50,932 nt of DNA from Alphaproteobacteria bacterium (GCA_017394405.1 JAFPYW010000020.1:1-50932); one strand, 5' to 3'; numbered from the stretch's first letter, positions 7,647-16,664 are shown. Program-made: numbers and translations. The notes: generated by a model not told the origin, from the letters alone.

Positions 7647-10600
7647 TTAAAAATACGACTTTGACCCTGTTGGCGGCTGGGAAACGGGTTGCACAAGACG
7701 ATCATCTATATTCGGTTCTTCGGCCGGATAGATGGTGCCAACAGAACTCCCGCCTGCAACGTTAGGACTGCCGCCTGTGGGTTGTCCTTTATTTTCGTTT
7801 GAAGAATTTTCTTCATTTCCCTCTTGCGGCTCACGTTTTTTCATCGGATTATATTCGCTAGGGGGTGTCCCAGCTTTTGTGCTGGGCTTACCATTTTCTG
7901 CCTCTAACTTCGCCTGATCATCCGACACGGCACGCAACCACAAATCTTGACCAGCAAACACTGTAATCCGCGTTCCAGATGGCACATACACGATATTCGG
8001 CACTTCTTTTGCTTCGTCTATCATCTGGTTGAACATTTCTTCCATACGATCGGAAATCATTTGACGCACATCATGACCCACTGAATTTCCGCTTGCCCCA
8101 CTCTTTTCATTGAGAGAAGTCATTTCTAGAGCAAAGATTTCAACTGCTGTGGATAACCATGGTGCCGTATATTTTTTGAACATCTGTTCATCCAAATACG
8201 CTGCCACACCGCCACGTCCCATCGCGTCACCAGAAACGGCCTCAATAGCAAAGGCAGCACCATCAGGTCTGATTAAACGTTCCCAAGAAATGCTCAATTT
8301 GACGGCCTTGCCCGAATCGCCATCGCCACCACTTTCAGCCTTACCAATCAAATGGCTGCCCGCTGGGATCAAAATATTACGTCCTTCTTCTGCATAAATA
8401 TGACGTTCCACCACCGCAGTCACAGGAACATCTGCATACCGAGAATCTATTGCACGTGTCAATACGGCTGGAATTGCCTTGTCTTTTAACAACACATGTG
8501 TCATATCCACAGGCCATGTAGAAATAGACTTGCCCGCCCCAATACTGGACCAATCCTTGTCCTGATGTTTCTTTGCTTTTGCCAAAATTTCAGGGCCCGG
8601 AATAATACCCGGCGTAGAGCTCATCTTTTCACGCATTTGTTTGCGCCGATTAAACATCAACTCTGTCATTATTTGCCGTTGTTCAGGCGTGATTGTCATC
8701 GGTTTTGGCATGACCGGTGGTTCGCGTTTTACTTCTATCGGCCCATCAATCTTGTCACTTTCAAAGAAAAACGGCCGACCATCTTCGCCCATATAACCCA
8801 CGATATTACCATTAGAATCAACCAAAGATCCATTTTCAACCGTAAATGGTTTGCCCTTCAAAATAATCTTCCGACCAGAACCAATCATGTTAGCACTGGA
8901 CAATCCACACTTGCGTAAATCTAATCCAATACCGCGGAACTGACCATATTGAGATCCATCAGGATTATACACCTTACCATCTGGGGTCACCGTCAATAAG
9001 ATATCGTTATTATCGTCACGCAAAGCCCCATCTGCCATCAAGGCCGCCATCTTTTCACCACCAGGCAATTTGCGCAATTCGCAACCAATCAATCTGGCAA
9101 CAGGTTTGTTTGCCATATCATACAAAATCACGAAGTTATCGCCATCTGGTTTAATTCTGGTGCCATCCGGCAAGACCATTTCATTCTTTTTATAATCCCA
9201 CTGGAATAAATCTTCTCCCGTTTCCGGATCTTTCACCCAACCTTCTGCCGTCACGGCATACTTCAATGTGCCATCTTTATTAAAGCCTAAACTGGTCGAT
9301 TTGGGGGCCATCCAACCTTTTCTTTCCCCATTTTCGTCAACCCATATAGCCGTTTTGCCACCGACGATCACACCACATTTACGTCCATCCATACAAATCA
9401 CGTTACCCATGGCGTCAACACGACCTTCCATCTTCTTACTTGTACCAAACACAGGACCACGTTCACGCACCCAACCAATTGTATTTCCGTTCGGATCTAC
9501 AACGCGTGTATCTGTTTGCCCACAACCAATGGTTACACCATTCGGATCCACCACCGTAGAATCAGGCAGCGTACGGCCAACAAACACAGATGTCCGACTG
9601 AATTGTTCGCTGGTCACCGGTCCATACACAACTGTATGACCTAAAACCTTCCCTTGGGCATTTGTGGCATACAACGTCGGTTGAATACGGCCAACGATAT
9701 TTCCTTGACCATTGACCACCTCACCATTATACGTTGTTTGGCCGACAATCGAGCAAGAATCTGTCGTCACCAAAGCATCCGGAATCACCCGACCAATATT
9801 CTTTGTTTCCTCCAATTCCGATTTCACTTCGTGCGGGAAAATGGCCCCTGCAGAATCTACAAAGCCCAAATCTTCTCCAGCAGAAGACATCATTCTGGCA
9901 TCACCATCCATTGTTCCCATTATTGTATCGTCATGAGAAATAGCTGGATAAAATGGCACAACAACACCTTCCAAAGGCCGTTCTTTACCCAAAACAGTAG
10001 CATCATCCAATAAGTTATAAATAATCTTGTCTGAGGAATCAATAATATCGCCATGAACCGTTGTCCGCCCTAACACATTTCGGCCATAACCGATTGGCAA
10101 CCCCTGCGCCACCAAGTGCCCGTTATAAGGCATTGTGTTATACACAGCCCGCTCATCCACACCAACAGACGATCCATCCGCCAAAACGCGGCCTTTGAAT
10201 CCCCTGTCAGATCCAACAATCGTTCCATCAGCCGCAACAACACCCACTTTGCGTGCATAGTCATCAATGATTGCACCGGTTTTGATTTGTCCCCCGATCC
10301 ATAATGTTTCCGGTGTCAACGCCGAATAAAATGGTGTTTTAACACCCAACACCTTACCAGCAAAATCAACAACCTGACCTTTGGCATCTAATTGGCCGAC
10401 CACAGCGCCCACGCGGTCAATAATGGTCGCCGGTGGTGTCACAGATCCGGAAATAACTCCAGCATTTTTATACAATACACCCATACCGGATACATTTCCT
10501 TGAACACGCCCACCCAACCATAAAGCACCCGTCATCAACTCAGTGCCCGCCTGACTTAAATTGATTTGTGACATCAACCCCATCGGAACAACAGCTCCGG

Positions 10601-13600
10601 TCAATTTCTTATCAGCATCCATCACATAATCATTCATCATGGCGGTACCAACTTGCTTTGTGCTGTTGTCGCGATACACGGTTCCATCCAAATTTAACCC
10701 ACCGACTTCACCATCATCTCGCAAGTTACGCACATATAAAGAACCTGTCCGCAAACGACCATTTAGGGCCCCATTTTCCATTGTGTAATCCGGCGCCAAT
10801 GCCACACCTAAATTCCGACCACTAACAGCCATAACGGCACCCGATTCCGTCACAATACCGCTTTGACGAATATCTTCGTGCATAGAGGGCGTTCCCAATG
10901 GCACATAGCCACCGACAATTGCATTATTTTCGCCCAACACACGATTATCCAAACTGACACGACCAACAACTTCCGTGCTATTCATAATACGACCATCAAT
11001 GGCCGTCCAGCCCAACATTTGTCCAGCGCCACCGACAGCAATACCTTCACGCAATACCCGACCAACGGAAGACAGATCATTATTCCATACATATCCTTCG
11101 GCACCGACCACAAAGTCCGTCAGCCCGTTTGCACCGTAAACAGCACCATCTGCAGAAACACGTCCGATATACGCTCCTGAACGATCCACCACTGTTCCTT
11201 TATGAATCACCGAACCGATTACATAACCATCGGCATCAAACACCAATCCGTTTTGACCCAAACGACCAATATCTTTTCCTTCGGCATCAACCACTTCGCC
11301 ACGGAAAGTAACCCAACCCAACAATTCATGAGCCGTACTCATCACCAAACCGATCGGCTCCGCAACACCACCCAAACGACCTTCTGTTGTTAAAACTGTT
11401 CCAAACGGTGACACAACCCCCAAATAATTGCCGGCTTTATCATATGCCGCTAATTGATAAGACATTGTATCCGTTTTACTGGTTGCCCTTGGAACAATCG
11501 TTCCAGACATACCCTCGCCAGACACAACTACAGACATCGGCATCCACACACGACCAATCACACGATTATCTGGATTCACAACCAAACCATTACCCAAAAC
11601 AGATCCAATACGGGTTCCTTTTGACATAACATCCCCATTGGCATTTGCCCAACCAACCTGAGTTCCCATCGCGGATAACACCACGCCTGTCGGAACAGCC
11701 GCACCAATCAAGACATTGTTCGTACTATACAACGCGCCATCAGACATCACCTTTCCAACGACTTGACCTGTTTCATCCACAACCTGTCCATCCAAACTCA
11801 ACATACCGACGAATTCACCATTCAATCCAACAAATGTTGTATTTTGTGGAATCAAAGAACCCAAAACTTGATTTCCAGCCATATTCAAAACTGTTAAATC
11901 TGGCATCACGCGCCCCAATTCATCTCCGTTGGCATTTAACGCTTCACCCAATAAACGATTATAGGTACCCAAAACAGCACCAGTTACTGAAACAATTACC
12001 CCATTAGGCGGCATAAAACCAATCATGTGGCCCTGTTTATCGGAAGCCCATCCGTTAAACGCCACTGAGCCAACTTCTTCATTACGTTCATTGAAACATT
12101 TGCCAGACATCGCCATCAATCCAGACGGCAAACCATTATCACCCAATACAACGCCCTTTTCCAAATTCATTGCATCTTGTAACAAGCCGCTGGGATCCAC
12201 ACAATCAATCACTTTTCCTTCGCGATCAATCACACGACCATCATAGCGAATATAACCCTTCACGCTGCCATCTGGAGAAATTGCCACACCAACCGGTGTA
12301 ATAGCCCCTATTTCTACGCCATTGGCTTTGACAGCACGCTTTTGCATATTCACGCAACCAACTGACATTCCCTCTTTATTCACAACCTGACCGGTCAAGG
12401 AAATCAGGCCCATTAAACGACACCCTTCAGCCATTACTGTTCCCCGTGGCACCACCACACCAATCACTTTGTTTTTGTTATTCAAAACATATCCATCAGC
12501 CCGCACAACGCCCGTGGGTTGAACATCTTGGGACATAACTTGACCATCTGGATAAACCGATCCTAACACATTGCAAGCATTCCCCACGACTTTTCCTTTT
12601 TGCAAAACTCCCCCGATAGTTTTCTTGCCAGTTGTCACCATACCATCTGGACCCGCAAAACCAATCATTGTTTCTTTGTTAGAAACACCCTTTCCCTCAG
12701 AATTGATAAAGCCAACGATAACTCCTTTAACATCCGCGATCAAACCTTGACGCACAACGGCCCCCAATTCATTCAACTTGCCATCAACAACCGTGCCATC
12801 CGGCATAACACGACCGACAATTTGACCATAATTATCTTTCACTTGTCCATTTAACGCCACAACACCATACGATGTGCCATTTGTTCCAACCGCCACACCT
12901 TGTGGCACAATACGACCCAACAATGTACCATTGGAATCTGTCACAAAACCATTTTGTTGCAAATGTCCCACGACTTTATTGTCGCCATTGATAATATCAC
13001 CCGTTGGTAAAATAGCACCCAACAAATTACCCGACAAATCTAATGTATAACCCCAATCACGAACAGTACCAATTTCTGAGCCAGTACTATCCACAACAGA
13101 TCCATCAACACGTGGATACCCAATTGTATCGCCGTGATTATCTATGACTTTAATTGAATTATTTTCAATCAAAAACTTACCAATAACAGTTCCTTGGGCA
13201 TTTATAACAGATGTCACCGGTAACGCAGCACCCAATACATTCAACTCTGTATCAACCAATGTGTCATCACCCAACAAACGGCCCAATGTAACACCATCTT
13301 TTTCCACCGTTCTGTATTCTGTGACTTCTCCCAAGTATTCGTTTTTCAAACTTAAAGCAATCCGTTTTGGTTCCACGACCACGCCCGGAACGATATTACC
13401 TTTTTCGTCACGCAACAATTCACCATCAACGGTTTCACCATCTTTCAGATCACGAGTTTCTCCATTGGCCAACATTACTTGCCGACGATGTTTTGTACCC
13501 TTTTCCTTTTCTACCTCACAACAAACACATTCTTTAGAGTCTGTAGAACTCCCCTTTAATTGAATTTGGGTGCGTTCATCCCTCAACACACGAGGATTAT

Positions 13601-14105
13601 CTTCACGCCAAACAATGGTTAAAGTATTTTGAATTGTACCAACAGTTATTGGCTTCCATGTTACTTTCAACAAACATTCATCATTTTCGTTTAATTGTGT
13701 TTTTTCCATACAAGGACCGCCCAACATAAATCCATTTTCCGGATTTTCTGCCAGATATTTTTGTAAGAAGACAATTGGCGCATTTTTAGCACGTAAGACC
13801 AAAACGGCTTCACCCAAACCACCTAACACAACTTGATCCATACTGACTTCTGATGGTGTAACCAACAATTCAGCGCCCCCCACACCGAAAGAAGGCAAAC
13901 GAGAATCTTTTCCACTTCCATCATCAACGGTGGATGCCAACGAAAAATCATCCACTGGGCGGATTTGTTGATTGTTATTTTTCTTTTGACGAACAGAACA
14001 TAAAACCAACAGGAACAGAATAAAAACAATCAAACCCAACACAGACAGAATCCATGTCGTACGGCGTTTTGATTGCTCTGATAAACTTTCCCGACTTTCT
14101 GCCAT
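7647..14105 (-). CDS. virB10: giant VirB10-like T4SS protein (2152 aa)
   Basis: Single uninterrupted ORF. It has an N-terminal TM anchor (TTWILSVLGLIVFILFLLVLCSV). The C-terminal ~200 aa (VLLKDKAIPAVLTRAIDS..PVTAVVERHIY..GRNILIPAGSHLIGKA..ISWERLIRPDG..GVAAYLDEQMFKKY..YVPSGTRITVFAGQDLWL) show the TrbI/VirB10 barrel-domain pattern. Position is between virB9 and virB11. Confidence 0.85.
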   Translation of the reverse strand: MAESRESLSEQSKRRTTWILSVLGLIVFILFLLVLCSVRQKKNNNQQIRPVDDFSLASTVDDGSGKDSRLPSFGVGGAELLVTPSEVSMDQVVLGGLGEAVLVLRAKNAPIVFLQKYLAENPENGFMLGGPCMEKTQLNENDECLLKVTWKPITVGTIQNTLTIVWREDNPRVLRDERTQIQLKGSSTDSKECVCCEVEKEKGTKHRRQVMLANGETRDLKDGETVDGELLRDEKGNIVPGVVVEPKRIALSLKNEYLGEVTEYRTVEKDGVTLGRLLGDDTLVDTELNVLGAALPVTSVINAQGTVIGKFLIENNSIKVIDNHGDTIGYPRVDGSVVDSTGSEIGTVRDWGYTLDLSGNLLGAILPTGDIINGDNKVVGHLQQNGFVTDSNGTLLGRIVPQGVAVGTNGTSYGVVALNGQVKDNYGQIVGRVMPDGTVVDGKLNELGAVVRQGLIADVKGVIVGFINSEGKGVSNKETMIGFAGPDGMVTTGKKTIGGVLQKGKVVGNACNVLGSVYPDGQVMSQDVQPTGVVRADGYVLNNKNKVIGVVVPRGTVMAEGCRLMGLISLTGQVVNKEGMSVGCVNMQKRAVKANGVEIGAITPVGVAISPDGSVKGYIRYDGRVIDREGKVIDCVDPSGLLQDAMNLEKGVVLGDNGLPSGLMAMSGKCFNERNEEVGSVAFNGWASDKQGHMIGFMPPNGVIVSVTGAVLGTYNRLLGEALNANGDELGRVMPDLTVLNMAGNQVLGSLIPQNTTFVGLNGEFVGMLSLDGQVVDETGQVVGKVMSDGALYSTNNVLIGAAVPTGVVLSAMGTQVGWANANGDVMSKGTRIGSVLGNGLVVNPDNRVIGRVWMPMSVVVSGEGMSGTIVPRATSKTDTMSYQLAAYDKAGNYLGVVSPFGTVLTTEGRLGGVAEPIGLVMSTAHELLGWVTFRGEVVDAEGKDIGRLGQNGLVFDADGYVIGSVIHKGTVVDRSGAYIGRVSADGAVYGANGLTDFVVGAEGYVWNNDLSSVGRVLREGIAVGGAGQMLGWTAIDGRIMNSTEVVGRVSLDNRVLGENNAIVGGYVPLGTPSMHEDIRQSGIVTESGAVMAVSGRNLGVALAPDYTMENGALNGRLRTGSLYVRNLRDDGEVGGLNLDGTVYRDNSTKQVGTAMMNDYVMDADKKLTGAVVPMGLMSQINLSQAGTELMTGALWLGGRVQGNVSGMGVLYKNAGVISGSVTPPATIIDRVGAVVGQLDAKGQVVDFAGKVLGVKTPFYSALTPETLWIGGQIKTGAIIDDYARKVGVVAADGTIVGSDRGFKGRVLADGSSVGVDERAVYNTMPYNGHLVAQGLPIGYGRNVLGRTTVHGDIIDSSDKIIYNLLDDATVLGKERPLEGVVVPFYPAISHDDTIMGTMDGDARMMSSAGEDLGFVDSAGAIFPHEVKSELEETKNIGRVIPDALVTTDSCSIVGQTTYNGEVVNGQGNIVGRIQPTLYATNAQGKVLGHTVVYGPVTSEQFSRTSVFVGRTLPDSTVVDPNGVTIGCGQTDTRVVDPNGNTIGWVRERGPVFGTSKKMEGRVDAMGNVICMDGRKCGVIVGGKTAIWVDENGERKGWMAPKSTSLGFNKDGTLKYAVTAEGWVKDPETGEDLFQWDYKKNEMVLPDGTRIKPDGDNFVILYDMANKPVARLIGCELRKLPGGEKMAALMADGALRDDNNDILLTVTPDGKVYNPDGSQYGQFRGIGLDLRKCGLSSANMIGSGRKIILKGKPFTVENGSLVDSNGNIVGYMGEDGRPFFFESDKIDGPIEVKREPPVMPKPMTITPEQRQIMTELMFNRRKQMREKMSSTPGIIPGPEILAKAKKHQDKDWSSIGAGKSISTWPVDMTHVLLKDKAIPAVLTRAIDSRYADVPVTAVVERHIYAEEGRNILIPAGSHLIGKAESGGDGDSGKAVKLSISWERLIRPDGAAFAIEAVSGDAMGRGGVAAYLDEQMFKKYTAPWLSTAVEIFALEMTSLNEKSGASGNSVGHDVRQMISDRMEEMFNQMIDEAKEVPNIVYVPSGTRITVFAGQDLWLRAVSDDQAKLEAENGKPSTKAGTPPSEYNPMKKREPQEGNEENSSNENKGQPTGGSPNVAGGSSVGTIYPAEEPNIDDRLVQPVSQPPTGSKSYF
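7932..8525 (-). other. TrbI/VirB10 C-terminal barrel domain within the giant ORF (aa ~1861-2058)
   Basis: The motif run listed for the parent CDS. The remaining 94 aa (7650..7931) form a P/G/N/E/S-rich low-complexity tail. Confidence 0.75.
8766..13478 (-). repeat. protein-level degenerate tandem repeat array, period ~17 aa (aa ~210-1780 of VirB10)
   Basis: Consecutive units read directly from the translation: GQVKDNYGQIVGRVMPD / GTVVDGKLNELGAVVRQ / GLIADVKGVIVGFINSE / GKGVSNKETMIGFAGPD / GKVVGNACNVLGSVYPD / GQVMSQDVQPTGVVRAD / GYVLNNKNKVIGVVVPR. Consensus is G-x-V-x-[DN]-x-x-G-x-x-[IVL]-G-x-[VI]-x-x-[DG]. Boundaries and copy number (roughly 80-90) are by-eye estimates. The DNA copies are too diverged to be exact repeats. 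Confidence 0.75.
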
Positions 14106-14114
14106 AGCACCCTA

Positions 14115-15815
14115 CTATTTAATTCTGACGACCGAGCACGAATATCCGCGTTTTCCCAATTTCCGGCAAAGCGTATCTGCCGTCTCAGCATCTTTCACAG
14201 TTCCCGCACGCAAACGGAACAAATCCATTGTTTCACCATTTGCCGATGTATCAACAGAATAGTACGGATCATATCCGGCCAACAAGTCCCCATTTGCACG
14301 ATATACTTGCTCCCACAATTTTTCCAACTCGGCAATTTCACCGGCTGTACCAAATTCTAGAGCAATATTTTCTTTTGCAGCAACCGGCAACACAACACCT
14401 TTGTCGGCTTGAATAGCATCAATTTCAGCGCGAGCCGCACTGGATTGTCTGACTGATGCAGGAATCGCCGCCATTGGTTGCCATGCAGCTGTACCGCCAC
14501 AACGATTAGCCCCTAATGTGTCATCACAATATGGGTTGATACCACCCGTTGCATACGGATTATATCCACCAGTTTCTGTCGCATAAGCCCCATTTCCAGC
14601 ACCTAATTGAGCCGGTGCATACGGATTATTACCATGCAACACAGAACCTCCTCTGTATGTCACTTCCGGATTCGGCATATCTGGCGCACGCACAGGTAAT
14701 TGAGTGTTATAAGCATAGGGTTGAGAATTAAACGCGCTGTAATCCGTATATTCCAAACCAGCGGCAGGATCACGACGCATCTTGATGCAAATAACTTTGC
14801 GCCCATTTCTCAAAACCAAATCACCAATGGCTTCTACTACAATCAATCGGCTGTTTGGACCACGCGTTCTAAAGCCCACCGGCACCTCTGAATCTTGTTG
14901 CAATAAACTGACCACTGGACGTTGTGTCATTGTCAATGCTTTCGGGCCCAAATCAATGTAGGTGAAAATGTTATCACGCCACACATTATCCGGCGCAATA
15001 TCAACATCATCCGGATTTGGCAAGAACATATCCAAGTCAAATTTCAATGCTTCTGGATCCATTGGAACCGTATTTTTCCATTCATTGGCTGTATTGATTT
15101 GCAACGCACTTGTTGTCGAACGTGCAGTTGTTGCACCCATCATATTCAAAGACGGCATAGAGGCCATTGTGGAAACCCCATCACCCTCGCGCAACTGGCC
15201 ACCATCAGCCACAGGCGTCCAACGTGGCCCCACCAAAACATCTACCACCGATTGAGTAATTTTGTCTGTGTTGAAGGTTTCACTGCGCAAATAGAAAACG
15301 TATCTATTTCCGGAACGACCAAACATCACCATGTTACTATCCACACCCACATAGGTTGGATCTGCATACAACAACATTGAGTTTGGCGCCACAATATCCC
15401 CACCGAAAGATTCCGGCGCACCAATATGAACTTTTTCAATCAATTCCCATGACGGCAAATTGATCAAAGTCATCATTCCTTCTCGAACACGCACAGGCAA
15501 CACAGTATCTGGCGTCCAGTTATATTTGGAATACCCTGGCTTTGTTTGTCCGGAACCCATGTGAGCCAATGGATTATTCCACGCTTTTTGTTGCATTCCC
15601 AATCCTTGTCCCATTGAACGCAACCAATCCATATCCACTTCATCATATTGGCCGGATGCGTTAGCAAGAGCGTCAGCTAATTGTGCCGCTTGTGGATCGG
15701 TAGGAACATTTGTTTGTGCAAAAAGAGGGGAAACAAAAACACCCAAAACACCCGTCAATACGGGTAAAACTCCCTTTAATAAAAACTTTTTACTCACCGG
15801 TTCCTCCTTTTTCAT
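14115..15815 (-). CDS. virB9: VirB9-like T4SS outer-membrane core protein with C-terminal SPOR domain (566 aa)
   Basis: Signal peptide ..LTGVLGVFVSPLFA. VirB9/CagX-type N-domain (YNWTPDTVLPVRVREGMMTLINLP..RYVFYLRSE) and C-domain (IFTYIDLGPKALTMTQRPVVSLLQQDSEVPVGFRTRGPNSRLIVVEAIGDLVLRNGRKVICIKM). This is followed by a ~130-aa Y/N/P/G-rich linker and the SPOR-like end. Confidence 0.8.
   Translation of the reverse strand: MKKEEPVSKKFLLKGVLPVLTGVLGVFVSPLFAQTNVPTDPQAAQLADALANASGQYDEVDMDWLRSMGQGLGMQQKAWNNPLAHMGSGQTKPGYSKYNWTPDTVLPVRVREGMMTLINLPSWELIEKVHIGAPESFGGDIVAPNSMLLYADPTYVGVDSNMVMFGRSGNRYVFYLRSETFNTDKITQSVVDVLVGPRWTPVADGGQLREGDGVSTMASMPSLNMMGATTARSTTSALQINTANEWKNTVPMDPEALKFDLDMFLPNPDDVDIAPDNVWRDNIFTYIDLGPKALTMTQRPVVSLLQQDSEVPVGFRTRGPNSRLIVVEAIGDLVLRNGRKVICIKMRRDPAAGLEYTDYSAFNSQPYAYNTQLPVRAPDMPNPEVTYRGGSVLHGNNPYAPAQLGAGNGAYATETGGYNPYATGGINPYCDDTLGANRCGGTAAWQPMAAIPASVRQSSAARAEIDAIQADKGVVLPVAAKENIALEFGTAGEIAELEKLWEQVYRANGDLLAGYDPYYSVDTSANGETMDLFRLRAGTVKDAETADTLCRKLGKRGYSCSVVRIK
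14118..14369 (-). other. SPOR-type peptidoglycan-binding domain at the VirB9 C-terminus (aa ~483-566)
   Basis: NIALEFGTAGEIAELEKLWEQVYRANGDLLAGYDPYYSVDTSANGETMDLFRLRAGTVKDAETADTLCRKLGKRGYSCSVVRIK follows the alphaproteobacterial SPOR pattern (..A...W..l....gdlL.g..p......G...yRLR.G......A..lC..L...G..C.vv). Confidence 0.65.
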
Positions 15816-15936
15816 AGACTCTACTTTATTCCAATGTATCTAAAAATAAAACGAAAGTCCAGTAAAAAGTGGCAATTTTTTCAGTTTTTTTAAAAAAAAA
15901 TATCTTGGAGAAAAAGTTGAAGACAAAAAACGACTT

Positions 15937-16650
15937 TTATGGTCTTATTTCTTCAGGTTCCGAAGGCTCCAAACCAAAACTTAAAACCTTAAATCCAAGT
16001 GGGTTTTGCAAGATTTGAGAACGGCTGCGCGGTTCTCCATCTGGACGGAATGCAACTTTAGCACGAGCAATCCACCAAGTTTCTTCCGGCACAGACGAAA
16101 CGCGGTTCATTTGACTAATTTTAATTTTGGCTTCATAGACATCCCCATCATTTGGACCCGTTGCAGTCTGAGTTTTATTCACGCGCAAAATTTTAACATC
16201 CCGTGTCATATTGTCTTCTTGGGCCATTTTTCCCAATCTTACCAATTCTTGTTTTTTGAATTCGTCATACACCGTATTAGAGCTCATTTGTTCCACGATA
16301 CCACCGGGCCCCCAACGTGTTTCTTGTTCTTGCCAGTTGGATCCGATACCATATCGCGCCAACAAATATTGACGTACATAAGACCCTTTTAATGTATCGG
16401 AATCTAATACTTCCTGGGCAGGACGCACCACATCAATAATTTGCTCATTTTTATCTTTTGTTGAAATATAAAACGGCTGAACACGCAACACAGGAGTCAC
16501 ATTAGCCAAGGCAATCAGCAAAACAATATCACAAATAATGGCCAAAACTACCATCACCACAAAAGCCCGAGACATCCATAAATAACGCTCCTCCTGCAAA
16601 ACTTCGCGGGAAGAAACAGAATGTTTCTGTGTGTTTTCAGATGGTGCCAT
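15937..16650 (-). CDS. virB8: VirB8 family T4SS protein (copy b, 237 aa)
   Basis: Bitopic layout: cytoplasmic N-terminus, TM (AFVVMVVLAIICDIVLLIALANV), then an NTF2-like VirB8 region (LRVQPFYI...YVRQYLLARYGIGSNWQEQETRWGPGGIVEQMSSNTVYDEF). GAGGAGG RBS. Confidence 0.8.
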   Translation of the reverse strand: MAPSENTQKHSVSSREVLQEERYLWMSRAFVVMVVLAIICDIVLLIALANVTPVLRVQPFYISTKDKNEQIIDVVRPAQEVLDSDTLKGSYVRQYLLARYGIGSNWQEQETRWGPGGIVEQMSSNTVYDEFKKQELVRLGKMAQEDNMTRDVKILRVNKTQTATGPNDGDVYEAKIKISQMNRVSSVPEETWWIARAKVAFRPDGEPRSRSQILQNPLGFKVLSFGLEPSEPEEIRP

Positions 16651-16664
16651 AGCCCCTCCTCAAC

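Noticed and set aside
7637-7705. Upstream in-frame extension of virB11 (23 aa)
   Set aside because: It would overlap the virB10 3' end. The ATG at 7636 has a GGAGGA RBS and gives a normal VirB11 N-terminus.
7732-13563. About 20 plus-strand ORFs of 60-140 aa listed antisense to virB10
   Set aside because: All lie inside the 6.4-kb minus-strand ORF. Their translations are low-complexity (H/P/T/R/N-rich) with no motifs or RBS. They are typical shadow ORFs of a long repeat-rich gene.
14228-15380. Plus-strand ORFs (62-152 aa) antisense to virB9
   Set aside because: They are shadow frames of a well-supported gene, with Cys/His/Arg-rich nonsense composition.
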